Shown here: one piece after another, positions 11,847 to 28,400 of the stretch
Position numbering within the stretch: position 1 is the stretch's first letter
How the letters are laid out: the number at the start of each line of letters is the position of its first letter
From: Neoechinorhynchus agilis
Lineage: Eukaryota; Animalia; Acanthocephala
Reading direction: 5' to 3'
DNA length: 64,000 nucleotides
Assembly: GCA_051530055.1 (NCBI GenBank)
Contig: CM121341.1
Span: forward strand, 15,168,784 to 15,232,783
Notes under the pieces: generated by a model
What the model was told of the DNA's origin: nothing
Seen by the model: the letters and a program-made list of their open reading frames with translations, nothing else
The model's database searches: none
Position numbers and translations under genes: made by a program

Positions 11847-12532
11847 TTTCAGTCCAAAACACAGATCTTAACACAAAATTTGGTTCTTCTTTTTCTTGGC
11901 ACTCCCTTGCTCGTAAGCGCAAATTTAATAAAGATTCAATTCGAGGCTTCAACATCGGTTGCAAGAGCCGTTCAAGTGGGCTTCATTAAGGAATTAAAAC
12001 CTAGATTCAAACGACAAATCATCAAACTAATAAAATGATGAACCTTATAAATATTTTCGCGCCTTAAGAGAAAATTGACGAAAATTTGAATGAACAAAAA
12101 TCGCGTCTGATTTTTTATAATCAACCTGAAGAAAATACTTCTTTAAAATAGTAGCTTCCTGAGCTTTAGAACGTATTAATCCGTCGTAGATAGCGAACTC
12201 GGAACCATAGGACACCAAATGCTTGATTGGGAAGTCCGTCTAGAAAGCAAATCGCTATGAGTCCGTCTAAAGCAGATTATCTGCCGCAAGAGAGACTACC
12301 TACTTGAAAGTTTAATCGGTTAGGCAATCGATAATGCCGAGAAACCTTGAATAAAAGTGGGATACAATGTAGATATTTTTCAATGAAATGATGATCGCCC
12401 AGAAAAGTACCTCGGATTACTTTTGCAGTCAACTTTTACCGACAGTGATCACTAAGACACGGTAGACATAGGTGTCGTTGCAGTCTCATCGTCCTATCAA
12501 ATTTAAAGATTTTAAAATTATTGAAGTGTAAT

Positions 12533-12607
12533 CGAACAATTTTAGTCTTTCGGTATTAATCGGACAGCGCAGGGACAAACTGGTCCAATTAACCGGACTT
12601 GACTGTA
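12533..12607. mobile_element. pogo/Tigger-like MITE terminus
   Basis: Ends ...CCGGACTTGACTG-TA; shares GAACAATTTTAGTCTTT with the element at 32383-32750. Confidence 0.4.
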
Positions 12608-12926
12608 TTGCTAAATACAATTGCGATCCGAGTCTTTGGCATTTTAGAATTTCTTTTCGATATTATAACACCGACATTCATAATATGAGTAAAAATATTT
12701 TTCATTTGTGGGCAATCTCGTCCACAACCAAGCAAAATCTACGATAAGGAAACTTTTAGTGTTAAGATTGCTGATTTATTCGTAAAATTATCAGCACGAG
12801 TATTAATTCCGTTCAGTATTTCATTTGGGTGGTTAGATATGTATTGTTATTTTGCGATCGTTTATGAAAACTTAAAAAGACGTCCAATCTGCTGCTTGTA
12901 AGTTTTCTGCTTACATATTAGAAAAC

Positions 12927-13321
12927 TTACGAGCAATTGAATTGATAAAATGATTCTGATTCAGCCGGTCGAAATATATTCATTCGTCTATTTAACGCTC
13001 CGCCTCCTCCTCTCGAGTGTTCATAAACGACTGCAAAATAAGCACTTCTCGGGAATGTTGAAAAGAAGGCACTATCCGGATTGGGCGAGTGGTTGACGCA
13101 ATCGACCAATGGAAAACCAATCAGTAACTTTCATCCGATCTGAATTCAGGTTGATGACGTTCGCTCCAATCCTTTACGCATAACACTTGAATTTCGAAAT
13201 ACCTATTTCGTCTTGGATTATTGTCCCGGGTTGGAATAAATGCAATTCTCAATTTTTTAAATTTGAATTGATAATAACTGAATCTGTCGAACATTCGACA
13301 ATAACGAAACGGTTCAAACAT
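12927..13321 (-). CDS. Possible small spliced gene of unknown function (two short ORFs in different frames)
   Basis: ORFs 13121-13321 and 12927-13109 abut with a frame change. A 23-nt hairpin (13124-13102) and a 39-nt GT-AG hairpin (12930-12892) could be introns. No family recognised. Confidence 0.25.
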
Positions 13322-13699
13322 TCATTATCGACTAAAATAATAACATGAACATTTATTTTCATATCACGTTCTTGATTCTTTCGGCAATAAATTGTAATTA
13401 GTGACGTAGCTGACTAAAACCTCGAATGATTTAAAAGCATTTAAGGATAAGTGCTGAATCTGGACATTTATACCCTTTTTAGTAGTTAATGTGAACCAGT
13501 ATAAAAGGGCGGTCAAGGTTTCATTGCGGGGTTTTTGTCTGTGAAGGGCACCAACGACAACACCAAGGCCGTCCCCTCGCTTCGCTCGGAACCTGGATGT
13601 TAGACCACAATATGAAGACGGAAACTTGCCCGCCCAAAACGAGGCAAGTGAAAAGAACAACGTCAATGTGATTATTTCAACTTCGTCAGCCGAGGGTAC

Positions 13700-14460
13700 C
13701 ACACGACCGAGCTTCTCTATATGATTATGTGAGGTTTGTGATGGGATTTTCTCCCTGACGAAAACAGGAGTTCTTACGGTCTATGGACCCCGTAATTCAC
13801 GCTGCGGTGGTTCCGGTTCACCCTCTAAGTCCATTGATGGTGTGCGCCAGAATCCTCTCACGACATCACCAGTACAAAATGAAATTCCAAATGTAGGGAA
13901 TATTGTGCGAGAGTTCTGCCCAGGAACGTTCTGAAAAGAACCACAAGGGGCACGGGATATCAGGCCGCAAAGAGAGATTCACCGCTTTATTGACAGACTG
14001 TATCGAGACTAACTCAGAGTTGTCGTGGATGTGTCTCTCTGTGTTCCCTAGGCTAATGTTTTCCACTGGTGAAGTTTGTGAGGGTTCTCTGACCACAAAA
14101 ATAAAAAAGCGAATAAGCCTTTTTGACGAAAATTTTATTCAATACCTTTCGACAGCAAGCGAGCTACGTAAGGAGTGTGGCAGGAGCGTGACCACCGTCG
14201 AAATCCGTCGCTTGCTGGACGCGTTTCTTCGAAGTTCGCAGATGGAGATGTCAGAGGAGCAGTTCGTCTTTTATCATCAATGGACAGTCTCGCCAGAGAT
14301 AACGAAGAAACTTTACGAGCTCTTCGTTCCAAACCTCCGAGTGACGGCGATCGGCAGCTTTTCGTTAAATACTCCTGCTTCGATGCGATCCCTTATGTTT
14401 TATCATCGAAATCAGAAGTGAAGATGGCAACATCATCATTTGCAAACGGATCAGCTCACT
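13700..14460 (+). pseudogene. Degenerate 5' part of a CRE-clade-like non-LTR retrotransposon ORF
   Basis: Zn-finger-like CEVCDGIFSLTKTGVLTVYGPRNSRCGGS from 13728 and pre-RT motif SKFADGDVRGAVRLLSS..ETLRALRSK, scattered over several frames. Confidence 0.6.
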
Positions 14461-14644
14461 TTGTGGTAATAAACTTCTCTTAAATTTAGAATCGTCATCA
14501 TCAATTGGAAAACGTATGCAACTTAATGAGGCCTCACAAGATTGGATATTCGGTATAATCTTAGAACTGGACAATAAAGACAAACGAGAGATAATTATCG
14601 ACAACCCATAAAGCTTTATTATTTCTTTTTTTTTCTTTTTTTAT

Positions 14645-15165
14645 TCATATATTTCCCGCCACCTCAGGAGGCATCCCAGGTTCCGGAGGGATTACAAATT
14701 CATAACCATATAGCTCAGGGTTTTAAGTGATCTCATTCGCATCCCTGGCCCAGATAGGAGGTATATTCACAACACTTAATAAAAAAACCCGGCTAGCCAG
14801 ACATAAGATAAAATAATATAATGCTAACCTTAAGTTAAAACTGGCAGAGTTTGTATATTCTGTGATTGTGTCGAAATGGTCTAGTGGACTTGAGCCCCGA
14901 ATCCCTGTTTCAGGGTCCAAGGGTTCAAAATCCATTGGCACCGATGGTTCACAGCCAAAGGGGACGAAATACTGCTAAATCAAGGAAACTCACTAATGAG
15001 TCGCGCATACTCGGGAGGTATCTGGGGATCTAGAGGGATGTATAAACTCATACCGGATGGTTCAGGGTATTAAGATATTTTATGCGCTTCATTGAACCAG
15101 ATCGGTGGGCTGCGTTTCCAAAGAAGATTATCAGCCTTGAGGCCACACATAGATAATAAAATAAA
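14645..15165 (+). repeat. Dispersed ~150-200 bp repeat family, tandem degenerate copies (also 30158-30290 plus and 40635-40810 minus)
   Basis: Shared core GGAAAC(TC)ACT(G/A)ATGAGTC..GCC....GGAGGGAT..AAAACTCAT..CCGTATG.TTCAG.GTATTAAG..ATTTTATGCGCTTC. Confidence 0.7.
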
Positions 15166-15444
15166 CACTCACTAAGCATTTTGTGTTATATTTGTTTAAA
15201 TTGCGCGTACAGTAGAACGTCGTTTACTCGAATTAATTGGAACCGGAAACCATTCGGATACGAGATTTTTTCTGATAAACGGAAACCCAATGTGATTTAT
15301 CCAGTTTTTAAAACTATACTACAGATATCAAAGTTCTTAACATGCGGGGAAAGTGGTTTAAAAGGCAAAATTAAGGTAGAATTACACCAATTTAGCTTTA
15401 TTGTTAAAAATAATCACTTATTTTTTGAGCAAAGGTAGTTGAGC

Positions 15445-15500
15445 AGGACAGCATTCTGATCCGCATAGTTGACGTTTGGGATAACTGACGTTCCACTGTA
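15445..15500. mobile_element. pogo/Tigger-like TIR terminus
   Basis: Reverse complement reads TA-CAGTGGAACGTCAGTTATCC, a TA-flanked CAGT-type end; partner end not located. Confidence 0.35.
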
Positions 15501-17917
15501 TATATTTAAAACAAATTAAAATCGGCCTCCTAATTACATCTGAAAGATATCGCTTAATTTTTATTTGTTATGTTTTTGTTTCTTACAATTTGATCTATGA
15601 ATAGTCTAGTATTTTCCAAACTATATTCTCAGTCGTATTACTGAAGTGCAAATCCAATTTTTCATCTTCTCCTTCACTGTCTTAAATATGAATTGATCAG
15701 ATCACTGACACTCGCTTTTATAAAGTAATCGTCCTTGCAATAATTTAAATTGCAATTGCGACAGCTTCAAATCTTTTTAATCCCACTCCAATTATAACGA
15801 ACTTGACTACTTACTTTTTGAAACGAGCATGCAATCAACGTCAAGTGAAATCGCTTCTGTAGTAATCAATTTCTGTTAATGTATCCTGGAAAATCCATAT
15901 GCAAATTATAAACAAGTTTTAGAATTTCTTTAAAATTTCAAATTTTAAATTAAATCCATATTTTGAATTCGTACCATTTTTTTCTAGAACTAGAATACGA
16001 CGAGTGGCGCCCTGAAAGTGTTTACTGAGTTGCTATCTTCTGCCTATACTCTTAATTACAAACAGGAATTCTGAAAATACATATGACAAGATGGATTAGA
16101 AAGATCTTATTAAACTACGTTTACAGTGGCATATGAATTGAACGTTATCGTTTTAAATAGGCTTCTTAGATTGATTAAGTCTTGTGCTCGTTGCTAAATT
16201 TTGCTTAATCCTTTTCCATGAGGTCGAAATCAAAATTATCAAATCAGCAATAAAGTAACTTCTTTAATCTTCGCATTATTACCAATCTATGGAATCCCGC
16301 AATGCTTTAAGAAGATGATAAAATGTTCCTTCTGCTCGAATCGCAGTTTCTATGACCAAAATGCTTCACGCAAACTAGAAAACAATATAATAGTAGATGT
16401 TTTTTTAAACAACTGAGCACAAAGAACATCAAAATGGACTTTTAGAACATACTTCAATTATAATATTGCCATAGCGCTAACAGAAAATATATTCATTGCT
16501 TAAGGCCTTCGAGTTTCTAGAGCTTATTCATGTGAGTTCTTTTTATTTGCAGGGTTTTATGAATGGCGTTATTATGTCGACGAATCTAACATCTTTCCCT
16601 CCGATATGAAAATTGTATTTAGAGCCAGCGATTAGCATTACATATTCGATGGTTATCATACATCTCGAATCCTTTTAGAGCATTACGCCTTTATTATATA
16701 AATTAAATCTCAATGGATTTTTAATGAACTCCCATCAAGTTATTTCTAGGTGAAAATCATCTGTGAAACTAAACATACAGGCAATTTTCAACAAACTGCC
16801 AATTTAAAAACAGTGAGATATTTCGAATCTTGCGTATTTGCCTTTATTTTGTTCGATAGATCCCTTAATTCTCACTAAGATTGTATAGTTGAATCTAAGT
16901 ATAAAAATAATAATGAACCCAAAATCATTGAACTTAACGTAAGAGAACTGAGTCCGCTTGAGATATATTGCAAAGCGTTTAACTGTCGACTAGCGTAATT
17001 AACGTCGTTATTTTTTAAACTCATCGATTGCGTTTAAAAATAAAGGAAATCAAACTTATTTTCATGAAAATCATCTTACATTTCTGTAATTACTTGCACA
17101 ACGAAACGATGAATTCTTCGAATTGTTGTCTTTCAATCAAAGGGTGGACTTATCGGGTTTCCTGTTCACGGAAACGGGTGAGATTTTTGCATGGAAGCCA
17201 AACCCCTCTGGGTGATTTTGTATGGAATAAAAGTACAATATCTTTGCGCTCGATGTGTGATTTGCATAATGTGTTCACAGATTTGAGCTAAACTCAAAAG
17301 TTCTCAGCACTCCTGGGATTCTCAGGACTGACATTTCCAATCAAATGTTTTAGGCCTTGTCAAGAAGTATGCACGCCTAAGTCGTTAAACTCGTAGTGAT
17401 TTCTGTCTAGAGCGCATTTTGCCTGCTTGTCCATCACATAATCATGCTACTTTACATTAGATTTCCCACGTATGGCGTCGCAATCAAAATGCATATTTTA
17501 AATTTCAGTTCCTTTTTTAGTACATCTAGCGCCCATAAAGAAGTACTTGATGATTTCCTGTCGCGGCGCGCATTCCGCTCTCACAAACGTCTGCACTTTC
17601 ACTACTATTAAGATTTTCGTCATACCTATTGACTAAATGAGTGAGCTGCTGGTACTTTAAATATTATCGAGGCTTTCGCCTCTAATTCGATCCAGGTGGA
17701 AGGAAATAAGAACAAACGATACACTAGGAGAAAAAGACTATCAGCATTTGTCTCGGTAACTTAGAGGAAGAAAAGTTGTTCTACAGCACTGGAGGCATTG
17801 GCGTGCTGAAGGGCTTGCGGCACACTTGATTTGATAGGAAAAGAAAGCACGGTATGCGTAGGAAAAACGAGTTTGTAAAGTTTAGTGCCATCGTCGTGCA
17901 GAAAATCCCCTGGTTGA

Positions 17918-23090
<5,173 letters not shown>

Positions 23091-24195
23091 AAATAATAAA
23101 TGAGAATGTATACGTCCTTACCGTTTCTAATCGACCTTTGACTTTGCTGTATGTCATTAAAAACGAATCGTCATAAATATTGATAAAAAGTTTAACAGAA
23201 AAACATTTCTGATAGTATTCTTTAATTCTTCGTTCAAAGATCACGGATGTTAGATAGAAATAAAGTTTTAAAATGCAGCTAAAACGTAACAATCAATTCG
23301 GATAGCTTATGCGTAGATCTCAAAGGTAGAATGCTAATAAAATGAGTTAAGTGAAAATGTGAAAGTGAATGAACACTGTACATAATTGCGCTATTTGATT
23401 CGGTATGATAATTTTAAATTTTGCAGTCATAATTTGCAAAAGTGCAGTTAAATACTTTACGCGAACAACGCAAATGGATTTTGAGCAATGCTAAAATTTG
23501 TTAGAACACGTAAACGAAATTCGTACAAAATCGCGTGTATAGGTTTTAATTCAAGAACTGGAAAACTACCGACTTTTCGTGCTTGTAGAAGATTTTGCCA
23601 TAAAAATCCCCACTGATCTTGTTAGGTTGCTACTTTTATCGAATACCTTTCTTAAATTATCTATCATTGATACGGTAGGTTTCCAAAATCAAAGAGAGAG
23701 GAAACATCTTTACCTAAATTATTATCACCTCTTTTTGTTTAGAACCTAACGTTTATGTTTGTCTTTTCATGAAATCGATTCTCATGATATCTTGTAATTC
23801 AACCTTTTTCTTGCGAAATTTCTTTGGAAATTATTTATTCGAAAGGGAATCTTAGAAAAAAGGTGATATGATCATCATGGAATTTCTTTAAAAGCATCGT
23901 TTTTTAGATAATAAACACATCGATCGTAAACAGAAATTTGAATTGGTCATTCTGGACATAAAGGGAGATTACTTTCATCTTCAGTTGTCCTATCAAGTTT
24001 AACTTTAAATTAATGTCTAATTTCTTGAGTACGATTGTTTTAAATACTGTGAATCCTTTTATTTTTTCATGAGAACAACCGAACATTGAACCGTGATACG
24101 GCAGATAAAATTCCAGTTTGACTCCGCGGTTGCGGATTTTAGTACCCACGTCGAAATGCGAGAATCTTAATTCTTTAGGAATTATTGTTCAGGTC

Positions 24196-24255
24196 TACAC
24201 CCGGTAAATGATTATTTATTAAAGACGTTTCGAACCTCGTCGGGTTCATCATTAG
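24196..24255 (-). mobile_element. Third copy of the Penelope-like hammerhead repeat
   Basis: Minus strand CTAATGATGAACCCGACGAGGTTCGAAACGTC; flank CCGGTAAATGATTATTTATTAAA matches 9965-9990. Confidence 0.55.
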
Positions 24256-24374
24256 AATTCGGGCGAAAGCTTTATTCTTGCAATGCTTCTAGAAAATATC
24301 CGATACCAGAAATTCAATACCATGAATGATTGCAAAGTTCACACTTGATGACATTTATTGGCATTCACACACGC

Positions 24375-27325
24375 TCAAAAATCCTCAGAGTCCTTCGGTT
24401 CCCTAGGTTTTCTCGGTTTCGAAGTATCGTTGTATAGAACGTCGTACTGAGCGTATTGGTGTTCATTGCGTGATACAAAATTCATCATCGGTGGTTGATA
24501 GGGCACCGGCGGATACATGTGCCTATTTAAATCTGGCATGGAGTCGTGCCCGTTTTTTAAATTATAAAGTGGCCTATCCGCAGCATATCTTATAGTGTCT
24601 GGCATTAATATTCTCCTTTGCTCTAACGGACGACCTCCTGGAGTTTGACTGGTTTGAATTGTTATAGGAGAAGGCATTGTACGTCGATCTGCGCCTATTC
24701 CGTGAGCGCTTGGCGAAGGAAATCGATTTTCAGTGGGATAAGGAAGAGGTGGTTTACTGGCTGTATAATGAGGTTCCGGCATGAGTATGCTATTAGAATT
24801 AGGATATGGTGGATCGACCTTGGATAACCTTTCGACCTCGTGTAAAAGCAGACTTTTCAATCTCGAGGTTCCAAGATCATCTGTTCCTCGGATAAATACC
24901 CGATTGAATATAAATTTAAGGAATCTCTCGGCGTATTTACCGGGTTCAATGATTGATCTGGTTGAGTCGTCAGATTGGTTCCCTTGTATTCCCTGTAAAT
25001 AATTCTGAAATTGCTTCCCGGCATCATAAGTCTGAAGTATATCTATAATTCCGAGAAATATAATGACGCGCTCTCCAGCTTCATTTTTAGCCGGTATTCC
25101 ACCATATTTCTTGGCATCGACGTTGTCAAATACAGGAGCAGTTCCCACATCGGAGTAAAGGCGATCTAACATAGTACTGTAAGCCTGCTTACCAGCCATA
25201 TCAAATTGTAAATGATGTTGATGATGATGATCATCATCACGTCTGAGTGGAGCCAGTGAGCCATATATTGCTGAAATCGTACAAGTACTCAAAGCGTTTA
25301 CCGACTGTACTGTCGGGGAGGTAATACTTCTTGGGTTATCTAGGTTTCTTAGAGCGAGATCATCAATTTGGTAAGGGATTTAAAAATCGGCGAACTCGCA
25401 TTATACCCACCAGTAGAGAATAATCCATTATATTCCAACTTCTCAGTATTTCAACATCATCTTGAATTGTCTCTTTGAGTCGATCGTATATCTCCGCCGG
25501 CAGTGTAAATCCTATTTGATGAAATCGCATAAAATCATTGTCTTTGAGAGTAGGAGCAGCTTTTGAGTACTCTTCGGCACTAGCTTCCCGCCCTAAAGTG
25601 CTTCCCTTTAAGTCGTATCGCTCATGAATGGGAAGCGTTAAGGGAATTATATTTGACATAATTACGAATCTTAGCTTTAGAAAGCTGTTTTCTTGAATAT
25701 ACGAAAAGAGTCCGAAGTATCGGGCGAGAAATGATCGCTTCCGATTGGCTAAATTGTGATAATAGTCGTTCAGTAATTCAGATTGAAAGAAACGAGCCTC
25801 ATAGTCACGAACTGTTTTCAGGAAAAACTCGGAGTCGCCAGTCACGTAGAATAGACTGCCACTTTTGGCAGGATTGCAAAACTCCTTTAGTTCTTGAACC
25901 ATAATTGAATCCGCTATCAATGATGGAGTTAAATTGTATTCAAGCATAATTCGTCTAAATCCAACATGCCCATAGGTGTATATTTCAAGAGATTTTGAAT
26001 GTTAAGTGGAATCTGTGGTCGGTGGTAACGTTTTATTTTTTATCAAAGCGATTAAAGCAAGAACATTTTGACGACTTTTGTGGTTTAAATGCTCCAACTA
26101 ACAACAAAACATCACGTTCTATTACATATATGGAAATAACATAGTTAAGATACATACCAAAGGGTTATACTTTTGAAACATAAAGTGTTAACCAATGCAA
26201 ACAGATTAGCAATTTTCGGCATTATTACTTTAACTTCGACTGTATAAGATTACGCGAGTTTTCTTCGGCTTAAAAATCTTGTTCTCGATTTTTAGCCTAA
26301 GGTTTCCAAGGGAATCACAAATAGATATGTCACCGGTTCAAGTCCACTGGTCGCTGGGTTCCCCGGGGGGGAGGCTGCTGGAAGGGTGGGGTCGGAAGAA
26401 GGGTTTGTTTATATAAAAAGTCGGCGAATAAAAGTGTGGCTTTATAATCAATTTTGTGAATTAAAAAAGTCTAAGTAAATTAATCGCAAACTTACAACGT
26501 CTAATTTCGAGCTACATTCTTACTAACTTTTTCGGAAAAACAATAAGTTAAAGTTGCACCACAACATTTCGAATGACTTTTTATTTCAAATAACGACCAA
26601 GGAGCGTGGTTTAGTTCAAAAAAAATTGCCAACTTTGACGACGTTATAAAATGCGCATTATCGCTGAAAAGAACTTTGAACTGTTAGTAAATTTTAGTGG
26701 CAAAAATGCATAGAATTGATCGTATTTTTGTTTGAATGGTAATGGGATTGCGACCACATTGGAAATTTTTAATTCCGATTCCTAAATATTCTAGAGAAAC
26801 AAACGATTTTGGTTGGGTTTGCTTTGAAAAAGTATAAATCGAACAGAGGGACAACGATTTAGAGACAAAAAAGGTGAATTTGAGATAAAACACTTGGGTT
26901 AATGTTCAGTTGTGATTATAGACGAAGACATGAAGCCGAATCCGGACATTGCTGCTGTCAAATTCTCTTGAGTCTAACTCAAAAGCTGGTACATCAATTG
27001 GCACAACGCAATTGCTATCATCGACGCTACAAGCATGCCGGACCCCAGGATGTCCGACCGCACCTTGAGGCAATGGTTGAAACAATCGTCTAGTGACCGA
27101 TGTGAATTCATGTTTGATAATAACACTTTTGAGTTGTTCCTTTTCGGACGCTCTTAAGAAGAAATTAATACCGTATTGTAGACTAAGTCGAATGTCTCTA
27201 GAGTTGAGTCGACCAGTTGCTAGAGCGTTTCTGAGAATGGCTGATTTTGATTGAGCTGCCGTCTCATCAATGACTTCTTTGGCGGCTAAAGTAACTCGCT
27301 TCAAAGTATCGTAAACAAAGTCCAT
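24375..27325 (-). CDS. PIP5K1: Type I phosphatidylinositol-4-phosphate 5-kinase, three exons (start codon tentative)
   Basis: LQYGI, SGSLFYVTGDSEFFLKTV, MSNIIP, RYDLKGST, TLKDNDF, IMDYSLLVGI, GGIPAKN..FLGIIDILQTY, YAERFLKF. Confidence 0.92.
25350..25401 (-). other. Stem-bounded 52-nt intron 2 of PIP5K
   Basis: Removal gives GGT ATA|AGA AAC CTA GAT = VGI-RNLD (homologs approximately GIHNLD). GCGAGTTC pairs with GATCTCGC (7/8). TA on both sides; a GC-AG reading shifted 2 nt is also possible. Confidence 0.7.
25981..26974 (-). other. Non-canonical stem-bounded intron 1 of PIP5K (994 nt)
   Basis: TCAAGAGAATTTGA (26971-26958) pairs with TCAAAATCTCTTGA (25998-25985), 13/14. Removal gives TTT GAG TTA|TAC ACC TAT = AFEL-YTYGHVGF, in register with DFRFKTYAPVAF. 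TA on both sides; no usable AG. Confidence 0.78.
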
Positions 27326-28169
27326 TAAGCGTGGTACTGTTGCATCTAAGAATTCGATTGAAGATGTTAGAAGATTATACTACAAGTGGCACAGGAATCC
27401 TGATGCATTTCCCATTTATGTGCGACTCCCCCTACATCCTCCTGTCATTTCTCTTCGTCAACACTATGACTAGTCGTCTTTAGCACAACACTTGCCGCCT
27501 AGTTTTTATGGGAGCTGTGACGCTAACTCACATACTTACACCCATATTAAAAAAGCAAGGACGAACAGGAATTTTGTTGATCGATAAATAAAGATAGAAT
27601 ACTCACCAAATACAGAATCCACTAGGATAAAAGGTGGGTTCCATACTGTCCACAAACGTCTTGCTACTCCGCGTATGTTTGCTCGTGAACATGATGGCGA
27701 ACAACGAGACGATTGACGTGAACATTGTTTTCTGGAAGGCATTGATTTCTCGATGATCGACAGTGACATTTTTCTATTTTGTTCCTTGCAAATTGTTCCC
27801 GGTTCTACGTTTCACATAGGGAAATGGCTGTTACCTTTCGCACCCGCTGGTATGTCAATCGTCTACACTACTTCTCGCCTACTTCACATGCCTTAAATAT
27901 ATAAATTAAAGGAAAATCAATCACAATTATAGGTGCTGAAAGACGATTAATCGTATCGTATAAATATGAATGGATCGATAAAACGTCTACTAGTTATCAC
28001 AAATGCTTTCTAGAAGGCAGTTGATGGCATAGATCCAGCCTAAACGTGATCTTATCTTCACACGCAAAAAGGAAAGGGCTTAGATCCGTAGACATTTTCG
28101 CGTTTAATATTTTATTTATTGCTCAAGGTCAGACGAAGAAATTCTCGAGTTGATAACAGGTTTTTTAAA

Positions 28170-28400
28170 CTAATAAAATGCTTATTTGCTTTATGTGGGG
28201 CTACAGAGCCCATTTTCGCCATTAAAATTTTTTGTTACGCGAATTCTGAAAAGGAAATTCCAAAATATTCAATTGGTTTTTTACTAATAAAATGCTCATT
28301 TACTTTATGTGTAGCTACGGAGCCCATTTTATCCATTAAAATCGTCTTTGTTACTCGAATTCCGAAGAGGCGATTCCAAAGCAATCAATTGTTTTATTTT
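28170..28400. repeat. Degenerate tandem repeat, ~114-bp unit, two copies plus a remnant near 28568
   Basis: TAATAAAATGCT.ATT..CTTTATGTG..GCTAC.GAGCCCATTTT..CCATTAAAAT recurs. Confidence 0.7.

Noticed and set aside
7276-12038. Plus-strand ORFs overlapping TOP2 (and similar antisense ORFs over NEDD4, PIP5K and the G gene)
   Set aside because: Antisense shadows of long coding regions with no recognisable motifs.
13230-13300. YQFKFKKLRIAFIP resembling a viral jelly-roll capsid strand
   Set aside because: A single short motif with no Rep or other viral context; too weak to call.
15600-17300. Possible multi-exon minus-strand gene (fragments such as LVIETAIRAEGTFYHLLKALRDSIDW)
   Set aside because: No consistent exon chain or family could be assembled by eye.
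25375-25392. Programmed ribosomal frameshift at TTTTTAAA in PIP5K
   Set aside because: The shift needed is +1, the heptamer is not a proper X XXY YYZ in frame, and a 52-nt intron restores homology better.
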